Translations under genes and position numbers: made by a program
In this document: piece after piece, positions 1 to 10,238 of the stretch
Layout of the letters: every line of letters starts with the position of its first letter
Numbering within the stretch: the stretch's first letter is position 1
The notes under the pieces: generated by a model
What the model was told of the DNA's origin: nothing
Seen by the model: only the letters and a program-made list of their open reading frames with translations
The model's database searches: none
Origin: Actinomycetota bacterium
GTDB lineage: Bacteria > Actinomycetota > Acidimicrobiia > Acidimicrobiales > CADCSY01
Direction: 5' to 3'
DNA length: 32,216 nucleotides
NCBI GenBank assembly: GCA_019348335.1
Contig: JAHWJR010000006.1
Span: 1-32,216, forward strand

Positions 1-355
1 GGCCGGCGTCCGCCGGCGGCTCGGCGGTGTCGTCGCCCTCGCCACCCTGCACGGCGGGAGCAGGAGCACCCCCCGGCGGCGGCGGTGGGGGTGCGGGTCC
101 GGGCTGGGCGTCAGGCGGCAGCGTCATGCCCGGGCTGGGCGGCGGCGGCGGAGGCGGCGGCGGCGGCGGTTCGCCCTCCGGCGGCGGCGGCGGAGGCGGA
201 GGTGGCGCCGTGGTGGTGGTCGAGTCTCCGACGCACACCCCGAGCACGCACTGCGAGGAGGCGGCGGCCGACCACGTCCCCGCGCCGGTGAGGGCGGCAG
301 CGAGAATCGCCACCACGGCCAGAGAACGGCCTCGGGAAACCAAAGGAGGCGACAT
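1..355 (-). CDS. Proline-rich secreted or membrane-anchored protein, N-terminal part only (continues past the left edge)
   Basis: ATG at 355-353 (minus) opens a frame with no stop down to position 2. It is absent from the ORF track because it has no in-window stop. Own translation: MSPPLVSRGRSLAVVAILAAALTGAGTWSAAASSQCVLGVCVGDSTTTTAPPPPPPPPPEGEPPPPPPPPPPPSPGMTLPPDAQPGPAPPPPPPGG... This is a basic N-terminus plus hydrophobic helix (signal peptide or anchor), then poly-Pro tracts. The Gly-rich plus-strand ORF 27..476 is its antisense shadow. Only a weak SD is present. Confidence 0.45.
   Translation of the reverse strand, partial: MSPPLVSRGRSLAVVAILAAALTGAGTWSAAASSQCVLGVCVGDSTTTTAPPPPPPPPPEGEPPPPPPPPPPPSPGMTLPPDAQPGPAPPPPPPGGAPAPAVQGGEGDDTAEPPADAG
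138..206. repeat. Two interrupted (GGC)n/(GCC)n trinucleotide tracts
   Basis: GGC GGC GGC GGA GGC GGC... spans 138-170 and 180-206. The 17-mer GGCGGCGGCGGAGGCGG occurs twice (141-157 and 183-199). These tracts encode the poly-Pro runs of the minus-strand protein. Confidence 0.7.
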
Positions 356-441
356 GGGCGTTCCGCTTTCTACACGATCCGCTCACGTCATCGCCACTAC
401 ATGCAGTGAACGACTACCGGCTGTCGCCGGCCGGGCAGTGC

Positions 442-1308
442 TCAGGCGGCCCACTCGCCGGCCCGCAACCGGCTGATGCGCTCCTCGGTCGGCGGGTGCG
501 TCCGAAAGAGGTTGGCGAACTGGGCCCGACGGCCGGTCAGCGGGTTGACGATGTAGGCCTGGGCCTGAGCCGGCTGCACGTCCATGGGGATGGCCTGCAC
601 GCCCCGCTCCATCTTCTGGAGGGCCCGGGCGAGGGGCTCGCCCGACCCGACGAGGCGAGCGCCGCTGCGGTCGGCCTCGAACTCCCGGCTCCGGCTCAGC
701 GCCGCCTGGAGCAGGCCGGCGGCCAGCGGCGCCAGCAGCGCGGTGGCGATCAGGGCCAAGGGGTTCTGATCGCGGTCGCGCCCGCCCCCGCCGAAGATGG
801 CGGCGAAGCGGGCCATGAAGGCCAGGTAGGTGATGGCGGTGGCGATGGCGGCCGCAACCGAGCCGATGAGGATGTCGCGGTTGCCGACGTGGCTGATCTC
901 GTGGGCCAGCACGCCCCGCAACTCTTCCCAGTCGCAGATCTCGAGGATGCCCCTCGTCACTGCCACGGCGGCGTGGTGGGGATTGCGCCCGGTGGCGAAG
1001 GCGTTGGGCTGGCGGTCCGGAGTCACGTAGAGCTTGGGCATGGGCATGCCCGCCGCCTGGGTGAGCTCGCGCATGATGGCGAAGTACTGCGGCATCTCCG
1101 CCTCCGACGCCGGCACCGCCCGGGCCGCCTTGATGGCGAGCTTGTCGGAGAACCAGTAGGAGGTCCCCACCATGACCAGGCTCACCCCGAGCATGACGGT
1201 GGCGCCGACGCCGCCCTTGACGGCGCCCCCGATCACCACCAGCAGGCCGGTCAGCCCGGCCAGCAGGACGAAGGTCTTCGCGGTGTTCTTGCTCAACATC
1301 GGTGCCAT
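442..1308 (-). CDS. htpX: Zinc metalloprotease HtpX (peptidase M48)
   Basis: Carries the [10 protein letters not shown] (HExxH) motif, N-terminal TM helices ([17 protein letters not shown]) and overall HtpX-like sequence. The track ORF starts at 1416 but its first 36 residues are Arg/Gly/Pro-rich junk. I chose the internal ATG at 1308 (MAPMLSKNT...). The ATG at 1299 is an alternative, with AGGAG 9 nt upstream. Confidence 0.85.
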   Translation of the reverse strand: MAPMLSKNTAKTFVLLAGLTGLLVVIGGAVKGGVGATVMLGVSLVMVGTSYWFSDKLAIKAARAVPASEAEMPQYFAIMRELTQAAGMPMPKLYVTPDRQPNAFATGRNPHHAAVAVTRGILEICDWEELRGVLAHEISHVGNRDILIGSVAAAIATAITYLAFMARFAAIFGGGGRDRDQNPLALIATALLAPLAAGLLQAALSRSREFEADRSGARLVGSGEPLARALQKMERGVQAIPMDVQPAQAQAYIVNPLTGRRAQFANLFRTHPPTEERISRLRAGEWAA

Positions 1309-1382
1309 CTCCTGGCGCCCGCGGGCGGGGCGTCCACTGGGCAACGATACCGGTGCTCGGCCACGCCCCGGGGTGCCGTGCC

Positions 1383-1412
1383 TTGACTTTTCGAGTCCTC
1401 GAAAAGTAGGTT
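1383..1412 (+). promoter_or_regulatory. Putative hppA promoter with a perfect 22-bp palindromic operator in the spacer
   Basis: TTGACT (1383-1388) and TAGGTT (1407-1412, fits TANNNT) are separated by 18 nt. ACTTTTCGAG-TC-CTCGAAAAGT (1386-1407) is a perfect inverted repeat filling the spacer. AAGGAGG lies about 11 nt upstream of the hppA ATG at 1494. The site is also about 80 nt upstream of the divergent htpX. Confidence 0.35.
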
Positions 1413-1493
1413 TCATCGCCTTCCTGACCGCCTCGGCAGCCAGGACAACCCCCGAAACCCCCCAGGAACACCAAGAAGGAGGCAGCGGTCCCG

Positions 1494-3965
<2,472 letters not shown>

Positions 3966-3984
3966 CCGGCGTCCCGTCCCCCAT

Positions 3985-4044
3985 CCCCTCTTCTTTGTCG
4001 GATCGCCCTCCCTCAGAGGGGCTGAGCCGACAAAGAACGAGGGG
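3985..4044. terminator. Long hairpin between convergent hppA and acs (bidirectional terminator candidate)
   Basis: CCCCTCTTCTTTGTCGG (3985-4001) pairs with CCGACAAAGAACGAGGGG (4027-4044), giving 17 bp with one bulge. A nested CCCTC/GAGGG stem sits in the loop. The hairpin lies between the hppA stop (3965) and the acs stop (4047). Confidence 0.55.
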
Positions 4045-4046
4045 GG

Positions 4047-6014
4047 TCAGTCGTCCTGGGGGGCGGCCTCCGCCCGCCGGCGGATCTCGTCGACCACCGA
4101 GGCGTCGGCCAGCGTGGTGGTGTCGCCCAGGTCGCGTCCGTCGGCCACGTCCCGCAGGAGACGGCGCATGATCTTGCCGCTGCGGGTCTTGGGCAGGTCG
4201 TCGGTGAAGATCACGGTCCGGGGCCGGGCAGTGGGCCCGATCTTGGTGGCGACATGGGCCCGCAGCTCCTGACCCAGCTCGTCACCGGGCGTCTGGTCCC
4301 CCTTGCAGGTGACGAAGGCCACGATGCGCTGACCGGTGACCTCGTCCTTGGCCCCCACCACCGCCGCCTCGGCCACGGCGGCGTGGGCCACCAGGGCCGA
4401 CTCCACCTCGGTGGTCGACACGCGGTGGCCGGAGATGTTCATGACGTCGTCGACCCGGCCCAGCAGCCAGAAGTAGCCGTCGTCGTCGACACGGGCGCCG
4501 TCGCCGGCGAAGTACCGACCCTCGAAACGGCTCCAGTACGTGTCGTGGTAGCGCTGGGGGTCGCCGTAGATGCCCCGCAGCATCGACGGCCAGGGCCGGG
4601 TCAGGGTGAGGTAGCCACCGCCCCGCTCGACCGGCTGGCCCCGGTCGTCGACGACCTCGGCGGCGATGCCCGGGAGGGGGAAGGTGGCCGAGCCGGGCTT
4701 GGTCGTGGTGGCGCCGGGCAGGGGCGAGATCATGATGGCGCCGGTCTCGGTCTGCCACCACGTGTCGACCACCGGGCAGCGGTCGCCGCCGATGTGGCGG
4801 CGGTACCACATCCACGCCTCGGGGTTGATGGGCTCGCCCACGCTGCCCAGCACCCGCAGCGACGACAGGTCGTGGGAGGCGGGCTCGGTCGTGCCCCACT
4901 TCATGAAGGTGCGGATGGCGGTGGGCGCGGTGTAGAGGATGGTGACCTTGTAGCGCTCGACGATGTCCCACCACCGGTCGCGCCCGGGGTGGTCCGGGCT
5001 TCCCTCGTACATGACCGAGGTGGCCCCGTTGACCAGGGGCCCGTAGACGATGTAGCTGTGGCCGGTCACCCAGCCGATGTCGGCGGCGCACCAGTACACG
5101 TCGGTGTCGGCGTGGAGGTCGAAGACGTACTTGTGGGTGAAGGCGGCTTGGGTCAGGTAGCCGCCGGTGGTGTGCATGATCCCCTTGGGACTGGCCGTGG
5201 TGCCCGAGGTGTAGAGCAGGTAGAGCAGGTCCTCGGCCTCCATGACCTCGGCGGCGCACTCGGTCGACGCCCCGGCCATGACGTCGTGGTACCAGTGGTC
5301 CCGCCCGGCAGCCATGGCCACCTCGTCACCGGTGCGGCGCACCACCACCACGTGCTCGATGGAGGGCGTGTCCTCCAGGGCGGCGTCGGCGCTGGCCTTC
5401 AGCGGCACCGCCTTGCCCCGCCGCCACCCGCCGTCGGCGGTGATCAGCACCTTGGCCTGGGCATCGACGATCCGGCCCCGCAACGACTCGGCGGAGAAGC
5501 CCCCGAAGACCACCGAGTGGGCGGCGCCCACCCGGGCGCAGGCCAGCATGGCCACGGGGAGCTCGGGGATCATCGGCATGTAGATGGCCACGCGGTCGCC
5601 CTTGGCCACCCCGAGGTCGCGCAGCACGTTGGCGAAGCGGCACACCTCGGCGTGGAGCTCGCGGTAGGTGATGGTGCGGGTGTCGCCCGGCTCGCCCTCC
5701 CAGTGGAAGGCCACCTTGTCGCCTCGCCCGGCCTCGACGTGACGGTCGAGGCAGTTCTCGGAGGCGTTGAGCTGGCCGCCGACGAACCACCGGGCGTAGG
5801 GCAGGTCCCACTCCAGGACCGTGTCCCACTGCCTTCGCCACGAGAGCAGGTCGGCGGCCTGGCGGGCCCAGAAGCCCTCGTGGTCCCGCGCCGCCTCGTC
5901 GTGGAGCTCGCTCCCCCGGACCAGGGCGGAGGCCCGGAACTCCTCGCTCGGCGGGAACGAGCGGTCCTCCAGGCCGTAGACCTCGATGGCAGGGTTCTCC
6001 GTCGGCTCGGTCAT
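4047..6014 (-). CDS. acs: Acetyl-CoA synthetase (AMP-forming)
   Basis: [15 protein letters not shown]..., then [41 protein letters not shown] and [16 protein letters not shown]. Length is 655 aa. Only the C-terminal part of the 1152-aa track ORF 4047..7505 is real; the ATG at 6014 is in frame with it. Confidence 0.95.
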   Translation of the reverse strand: MTEPTENPAIEVYGLEDRSFPPSEEFRASALVRGSELHDEAARDHEGFWARQAADLLSWRRQWDTVLEWDLPYARWFVGGQLNASENCLDRHVEAGRGDKVAFHWEGEPGDTRTITYRELHAEVCRFANVLRDLGVAKGDRVAIYMPMIPELPVAMLACARVGAAHSVVFGGFSAESLRGRIVDAQAKVLITADGGWRRGKAVPLKASADAALEDTPSIEHVVVVRRTGDEVAMAAGRDHWYHDVMAGASTECAAEVMEAEDLLYLLYTSGTTASPKGIMHTTGGYLTQAAFTHKYVFDLHADTDVYWCAADIGWVTGHSYIVYGPLVNGATSVMYEGSPDHPGRDRWWDIVERYKVTILYTAPTAIRTFMKWGTTEPASHDLSSLRVLGSVGEPINPEAWMWYRRHIGGDRCPVVDTWWQTETGAIMISPLPGATTTKPGSATFPLPGIAAEVVDDRGQPVERGGGYLTLTRPWPSMLRGIYGDPQRYHDTYWSRFEGRYFAGDGARVDDDGYFWLLGRVDDVMNISGHRVSTTEVESALVAHAAVAEAAVVGAKDEVTGQRIVAFVTCKGDQTPGDELGQELRAHVATKIGPTARPRTVIFTDDLPKTRSGKIMRRLLRDVADGRDLGDTTTLADASVVDEIRRRAEAAPQDD

Positions 6015-6091
6015 GGCGCGAGAGTACCGCCGGGGCCCTGCTCGTTCCGCTGGCTGGGCGGCGGCGGCCCGGGGCCGGCGCCGGCTACCGG

Positions 6092-7537
6092 CTACCGGCG
6101 GGTGAGCAGCTGGTCGGCGGGGGCGAAGTCGTCGGTGAGAGCACGGGCGCCGGCGACGAAGGCGTCGACGTCCTCGCCGGTGAGCACCACGCCGTCCTCG
6201 GGCGGGATGTCGTCCGGCGTGAGGGCGAGCGGGGCGGCGGAGGCCACCAGCACGTGGTTGGCGGGGCCGCTGCTCGCGCCTGGAGGCGGAGCGATGACCG
6301 CCACGTTGGCGAACACCTCGGCGAGGGTGGCGGTCTCGGCCCGGACCAGCCGGCGCTCGCCGCCGTCGATGACGTTGACCAGGTAGATCCCCTCCGGGCG
6401 CAGCGCCCGGGCCAGCTCCTCGGCCACCTCCACGGTGGCCAGGTGCCAGGGCACCGACAGGCTCCCGAAGGCGTCGCCGACGGCCACGTCGTAGGAGTCG
6501 GCGGCCAGTCGAGCCAGGGCGGTGCGGGCGTCGCCCACCTCGACGCGCAGCCCGGGCCCCTGTTCCAGCCCGAGTTGCTCCTCGGCCAGCGCCACCAGAG
6601 CAGCGTCGAGCTCGAGCACCAGGCTGGTCGAGCCGGGTCGGGTGGCGGCCAGGTACCGGGGGAAGCTGAAGCCGCCGCCTCCGAGGTGGAGGGCGTCGAC
6701 GGGCCGGGCCGGCGGCACCTCGGCGGCCAGGGCGGCGGCGAACAGCCGCACATAGCGGAACTCGAGGTGGGTGGGGTCGTCGAGATCGACGTAGCTGTGC
6801 CGCAGGTTGTCGAGCAGCAGCACCCGCCCGGAGGGACGGGCCGGGTCGGCCTGCACCTGCACGCAGTAGTAGGTGGTGTGCTCCTGGCAGGGCCCGGGGA
6901 CGGCGGCCGCCACCCCGCCCAGCGCCAAGGTCCCCGCCGCCACCCCGCCCAGGGGCCGGTGGGGGCCGCTGCGCCACCACAGCACCAGGCCGGCGCCGAC
7001 CAGGGCGGCGCCCAGGCCGATCACCAACGGCCGGGTGGGCACGGCGGCCACGAGCACGAAGCCGGTCACGAAGGTGCCCACCAGCGCACCGGCGGTGCCG
7101 GCTGCCGAGAGCCCGCCCACCACCGAGCCGGTCTCGTCCAGGCTGGCCAGGCGCAGCTTGGCCGCCATGGGCGCCACCGCGCTGAGCACGGCGGCCGGGG
7201 CGAAGAAGGCGCCGGCGGCCAGGATCACGACGGCTGCCGGGCCACCGCCGGCCACAGTCGGGCCCACCGCCGTCACCACCGGGAGCGATGCCAGCGCCAG
7301 GGCGCCGCCGGCCACGACCGTGGGGCCGAGCAGCCGGCGGGGGTCGCGACGGTCCGCGAGACGCCCGCCGGCGGCGCTGCCCAGGGCGATGCCGGCCAGC
7401 ACGGTGCCGATGACCCCGGTGAAGGTCTCGATCGACACGCCCACGTAGGGCGCCACCAGCCGGCCGGCCAGGATCTCCAGCACCAGCACCGCCGCCGAGG
7501 TGCAAAAGACCAGCGTGGCCGCCGCCCGGGTGGTCAT
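6092..7537 (-). CDS. Fused polytopic membrane domain / spermidine synthase-like protein
   Basis: Starts [27 protein letters not shown]... The N-terminal half has multiple hydrophobic helices. The C-terminal half has a class I methyltransferase/spermidine-synthase-like fold ([45 protein letters not shown]). The ATG at 7537 is in frame with track ORF 6092..8158. Confidence 0.8.
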   Translation of the reverse strand: MTTRAAATLVFCTSAAVLVLEILAGRLVAPYVGVSIETFTGVIGTVLAGIALGSAAGGRLADRRDPRRLLGPTVVAGGALALASLPVVTAVGPTVAGGGPAAVVILAAGAFFAPAAVLSAVAPMAAKLRLASLDETGSVVGGLSAAGTAGALVGTFVTGFVLVAAVPTRPLVIGLGAALVGAGLVLWWRSGPHRPLGGVAAGTLALGGVAAAVPGPCQEHTTYYCVQVQADPARPSGRVLLLDNLRHSYVDLDDPTHLEFRYVRLFAAALAAEVPPARPVDALHLGGGGFSFPRYLAATRPGSTSLVLELDAALVALAEEQLGLEQGPGLRVEVGDARTALARLAADSYDVAVGDAFGSLSVPWHLATVEVAEELARALRPEGIYLVNVIDGGERRLVRAETATLAEVFANVAVIAPPPGASSGPANHVLVASAAPLALTPDDIPPEDGVVLTGEDVDAFVAGARALTDDFAPADQLLTRR

Positions 7538-7546
7538 CAATCCGCC

Positions 7547-7597
7547 CTTCTGGCGGCGGGAACGGTGCGGTAACCGCCCCCTTTGCACCGCCAGAAG
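7547..7597 (-). promoter_or_regulatory. Intercistronic stem-loop overlapping the SD of the spermidine-synthase-like gene
   Basis: A perfect 10-bp inverted repeat: CTTCTGGCGG (7547-7556) and CCGCCAGAAG (7588-7597), with a 31-nt loop. On the minus-strand RNA the downstream arm reads CCGCCAGAAG followed by GGCGGATTG-ATG, so it contains the GAAGG SD. Confidence 0.4.
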
Positions 7598-7604
7598 CGT
7601 GGAG

Positions 7605-8729
7605 TCACGGTCCGGCCACCCACTCCAGCACGCGGAACGCCCCCAGCCCGGTGGGGTCGCACAGGGCCTGGCCCTCCCCCACCCGGCTGCGGGCGGCCAG
7701 GGCAGCCAGGTCGCCCACGTGTGCCCGCTCGTGCCACTCGGCGCGGGCCGCCTCGACCAGCTGGTCGAGGCCGTGCCGGCGCAGCCAGTCGGCCTGGGAC
7801 AGGTCGCCAGCCGGGGGGCCGAGGCGGGCGGCGAGCTGGTCGACGCCGACCTCACAGGTGATGTCCTGGGAGCCGGGCGCTTCGAGGGGGGAACCGCCCG
7901 GCCCGTGGGCGCGGTAGGTGCGCACCCATTCCCGCCACGGGCGAGCAGCCAGAGCCGGCGTGGTGCTGGCGAAGTCGACGACCACGACCCGGCCCCGGTC
8001 GAGCACCGCCCGCGCCCGCCGCAACCAGCCGGCGGCGGAGCCCTGGAGCGGGATGCGGCTGCCGGCGGCGGCGGTGGGAACGAGCTGCTCGGCCACGGCG
8101 GCGGCGTCCGAGGGCGCCGAGGCCAGGACCTCGACGGGCGCACCGTCGTCGCCCACACCGACGAGGACCTCGGCCCAGTCGCCGTCCCGGCGCTCGAGCA
8201 GCCGGAACGGCAGGTTGTCGAGAAGCTCGTTGGCCACGACCACGCCGGTCACCTTCAGCGCCGGCAGGTCGGACAGCACGGTGACGATCGGTCCCTCTCC
8301 GGGGACGAAGGGCGACGCCGCGTCGGGATCACCTCCGCCGGCGGCCCCGAACACGTTGGCCGGCGGCTCGACGGGCAGTCGCTCCGCCGCTCGCTCGCGC
8401 AGGGCCGGCGAGTGCTCCACGCACACGTAGCGCAGGGCACCTCCGCAGGACGGACCGGCGTCGAGGATCGACCGGGCCAGGGCACCACGGCCGGCCCCGC
8501 CTTCCACCACCACGAACGGGTCGGGCCGGCCCAGCCGCTGCCACTCGGCGTCGATGGCCCGGGCCACCACCGCCCCGAACAGCGGACCCACCTCGGGGCT
8601 GGTGAGGAAGTCGGCGCGGCGCCCGGCGCCCCGGCCGGTGGAGAAGAACCCGTCCTCGCCATAGAGGGCGTCGTCGACGAACTCGTCGAAGCGGACGGGG
8701 CCGAACCGCCGGATGCGCTCGACCAGCAC
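7605..8729 (-). CDS. SAM-dependent methyltransferase, MidA/NDUFAF7 family (DUF185, COG1565)
   Basis: FDEFVDDALYGEDGFF, ADFLTSPEVGPLFG, FVVVEGGAGRGALARSIL and YVCVEHSPALRE match the family signature (TSPE...FGE, VE-G-G-G-L, VE-SP-L). The GTG at 8729 lies 2 nt after the nuoN stop (TAG-GG-GTG) and is in frame with track ORF 7605..9026, whose upstream part is Arg-rich junk overlapping nuoN. Confidence 0.8.
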   Translation of the reverse strand: MLVERIRRFGPVRFDEFVDDALYGEDGFFSTGRGAGRRADFLTSPEVGPLFGAVVARAIDAEWQRLGRPDPFVVVEGGAGRGALARSILDAGPSCGGALRYVCVEHSPALRERAAERLPVEPPANVFGAAGGGDPDAASPFVPGEGPIVTVLSDLPALKVTGVVVANELLDNLPFRLLERRDGDWAEVLVGVGDDGAPVEVLASAPSDAAAVAEQLVPTAAAGSRIPLQGSAAGWLRRARAVLDRGRVVVVDFASTTPALAARPWREWVRTYRAHGPGGSPLEAPGSQDITCEVGVDQLAARLGPPAGDLSQADWLRRHGLDQLVEAARAEWHERAHVGDLAALAARSRVGEGQALCDPTGLGAFRVLEWVAGP

Positions 8730-8731
8730 CC

Positions 8732-10234
8732 CTACGGGAGGGCGCCGAACAACGCCACGTCGCCGAGCCGGGCGGCGAGGTTGGGAAAGAACCCGAACGC
8801 CACGGTGGCCACCGCGCAGAGGGCAAGCGACGCGGTCAGCGCCGCCGGCACCTGCACCCGGGTGGTGTCGCCGTCGGGCACGGGGTCCATGAACATCTGC
8901 CGGGCCACCGAGGCGTAGTAGAAGAGCGCGATCACCGAGTTCACCGCGGCGACCACGGCCAGGGCGACGGCGGCGCCCGTGCCGGCGTCGAGCAGTGACT
9001 TGAACACGACGAACTTTGCGTACCACCCCCCCAGGGGCGGGATGCCGGCGAGGGCGAACAAGAAGACGGCCATCAACACGGCCAGCCCCGGGGCGTAGTC
9101 GAACAGGCCCCCGTAGGAGCCGATCTCGCCTGATCGGGTCTTGCGGGCCACGGCCATGACGACGGCGAAGGCGCCCAGGTTCATGGCCGCGTAGATGATC
9201 AGGTAGGTCACCACCGCCTCGGTGGCGTTGGCGATGCCGCCCCGCTCAGCGGGGATCGAGGCGGCCACGGCCAACGGCGCCAGCATGAACCCGGCCTGGG
9301 CCACCGAGGAGTAGGCCAACAGGCGCACGATGTTGGTCTGGCGCAGGGCGATGAGGTTGCCCACCGTCATGGTCAGGGCTGCGAGCACCCAGAACAACGG
9401 CGCCCACACGTCGTCCTGGCCGAGGAAGGCGATGAACACCAGCTGGAGCAGGGCGACGAAGCCGGCGGCCTTGGACGCCACCGACAAGAAGGCGGTGATC
9501 GGCGTGGGGGCACCCTGGTACGTGTCGGGCGCCCAGGTGTGGAAGGGCACCGCCGAGACCTTGAAGCCGAAGCCCACCACCACGAAGACGATGCCGACGG
9601 TCACCACCGGCACGGTCGACGAACCCCCTGCCAACGCATCGCCGATCTCGCTGAGCACGGTGGACCCGGTGACGCCGAACACCAGCGACATCCCGTAGAG
9701 CATCACCGCCGAGGCGAACACCCCGAGCAGGTAGTACTTGAGCGACGCCTCGTTGCCCCGCAGGTCGCGCTTGCGCCAGCCGGCCAGCAGGTAGGCCGGG
9801 ATGGAGAGCAGCTCGAGGGCCACGAAGATGCTGATCAGGTCGCGAGCCGAGGCCATCACCGTCATCCCCAGCAACGACGAGAGCAGCAGGAAGTAGTACT
9901 CGCCCTCGTAGTAGTCGCCCTCGGCCACGTAGTCGGTGCTGATGAGCACGGTCACGTAGCCGGCGACGAGGAACAGGCCCTTGAGGACCAGGGCGAAGTC
10001 GTCGACGACGTAGGCGCCGTCGAACAGGCTGCGGTCGCCGCCGGCGACGGCCAGGGTCAGCACCGGCACCAGCGAGGCCAGCAGCCCGATGCCGGCGACG
10101 GTCGAGGTGGCCCAGCGGCCCCGCTCCTCGAACACCAGGTCGACGAAGAGCAGCACCACCAGCACCAGCACCAGGACGATCTCGGGCGCGAAGGCGTGGA
10201 AGTCGACCGAGGGAGAGCGGAACAGCGTCTCCAC
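8732..10234 (-). CDS. nuoN: NADH-quinone oxidoreductase subunit N
   Basis: A 500-aa polytopic protein with the antiporter-like motif FKVSAVPFHTWAPDTYQGAPTPITAFLSVASKAAGF. It sits last in the nuo order, 4 nt after the nuoM stop. Confidence 0.95.
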   Translation of the reverse strand: METLFRSPSVDFHAFAPEIVLVLVLVVLLFVDLVFEERGRWATSTVAGIGLLASLVPVLTLAVAGGDRSLFDGAYVVDDFALVLKGLFLVAGYVTVLISTDYVAEGDYYEGEYYFLLLSSLLGMTVMASARDLISIFVALELLSIPAYLLAGWRKRDLRGNEASLKYYLLGVFASAVMLYGMSLVFGVTGSTVLSEIGDALAGGSSTVPVVTVGIVFVVVGFGFKVSAVPFHTWAPDTYQGAPTPITAFLSVASKAAGFVALLQLVFIAFLGQDDVWAPLFWVLAALTMTVGNLIALRQTNIVRLLAYSSVAQAGFMLAPLAVAASIPAERGGIANATEAVVTYLIIYAAMNLGAFAVVMAVARKTRSGEIGSYGGLFDYAPGLAVLMAVFLFALAGIPPLGGWYAKFVVFKSLLDAGTGAAVALAVVAAVNSVIALFYYASVARQMFMDPVPDGDTTRVQVPAALTASLALCAVATVAFGFFPNLAARLGDVALFGALP

Positions 10235-10238
10235 CGCG

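Noticed and set aside
27-476. A plus-strand glycine-rich ORF (GGGGGGGG runs) at the left edge
   Set aside because: It is the mirror of the minus-strand frame, which has a proper ATG, a signal-peptide-like N-terminus and poly-Pro runs. The plus ORF also runs into the htpX 3' end and has no credible start context.
442-1416. The full-length 324-aa version of htpX starting at the ATG at 1416
   Set aside because: The extra 36 N-terminal residues ([36 protein letters not shown]) are unlike HtpX N-termini and overlap the palindrome/promoter region. The internal ATGs at 1308 or 1299 give the usual short N-terminus before TM1.
6081-6098. The tandem heptamer CCGGCTA-CCGGCTA-CCGG at the stop of the spermidine-synthase-like gene
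   Set aside because: There are only two and a half copies, and the sequence overlaps ordinary coding and stop sequence. This is too short to call a functional repeat.
4047-7505. A 1152-aa minus-strand ORF that looks like a giant fusion protein
   Set aside because: Only the C-terminal 655 aa, from the ATG at 6014, is acetyl-CoA synthetase. The upstream 497 residues are Arg/Pro/Gly-rich nonsense read out of frame across the real spermidine-synthase-like gene. The same artefact explains 26111..29143 (1010 aa), 11790..14246, 21739..23673, 30455..32188 and 6092..8158.
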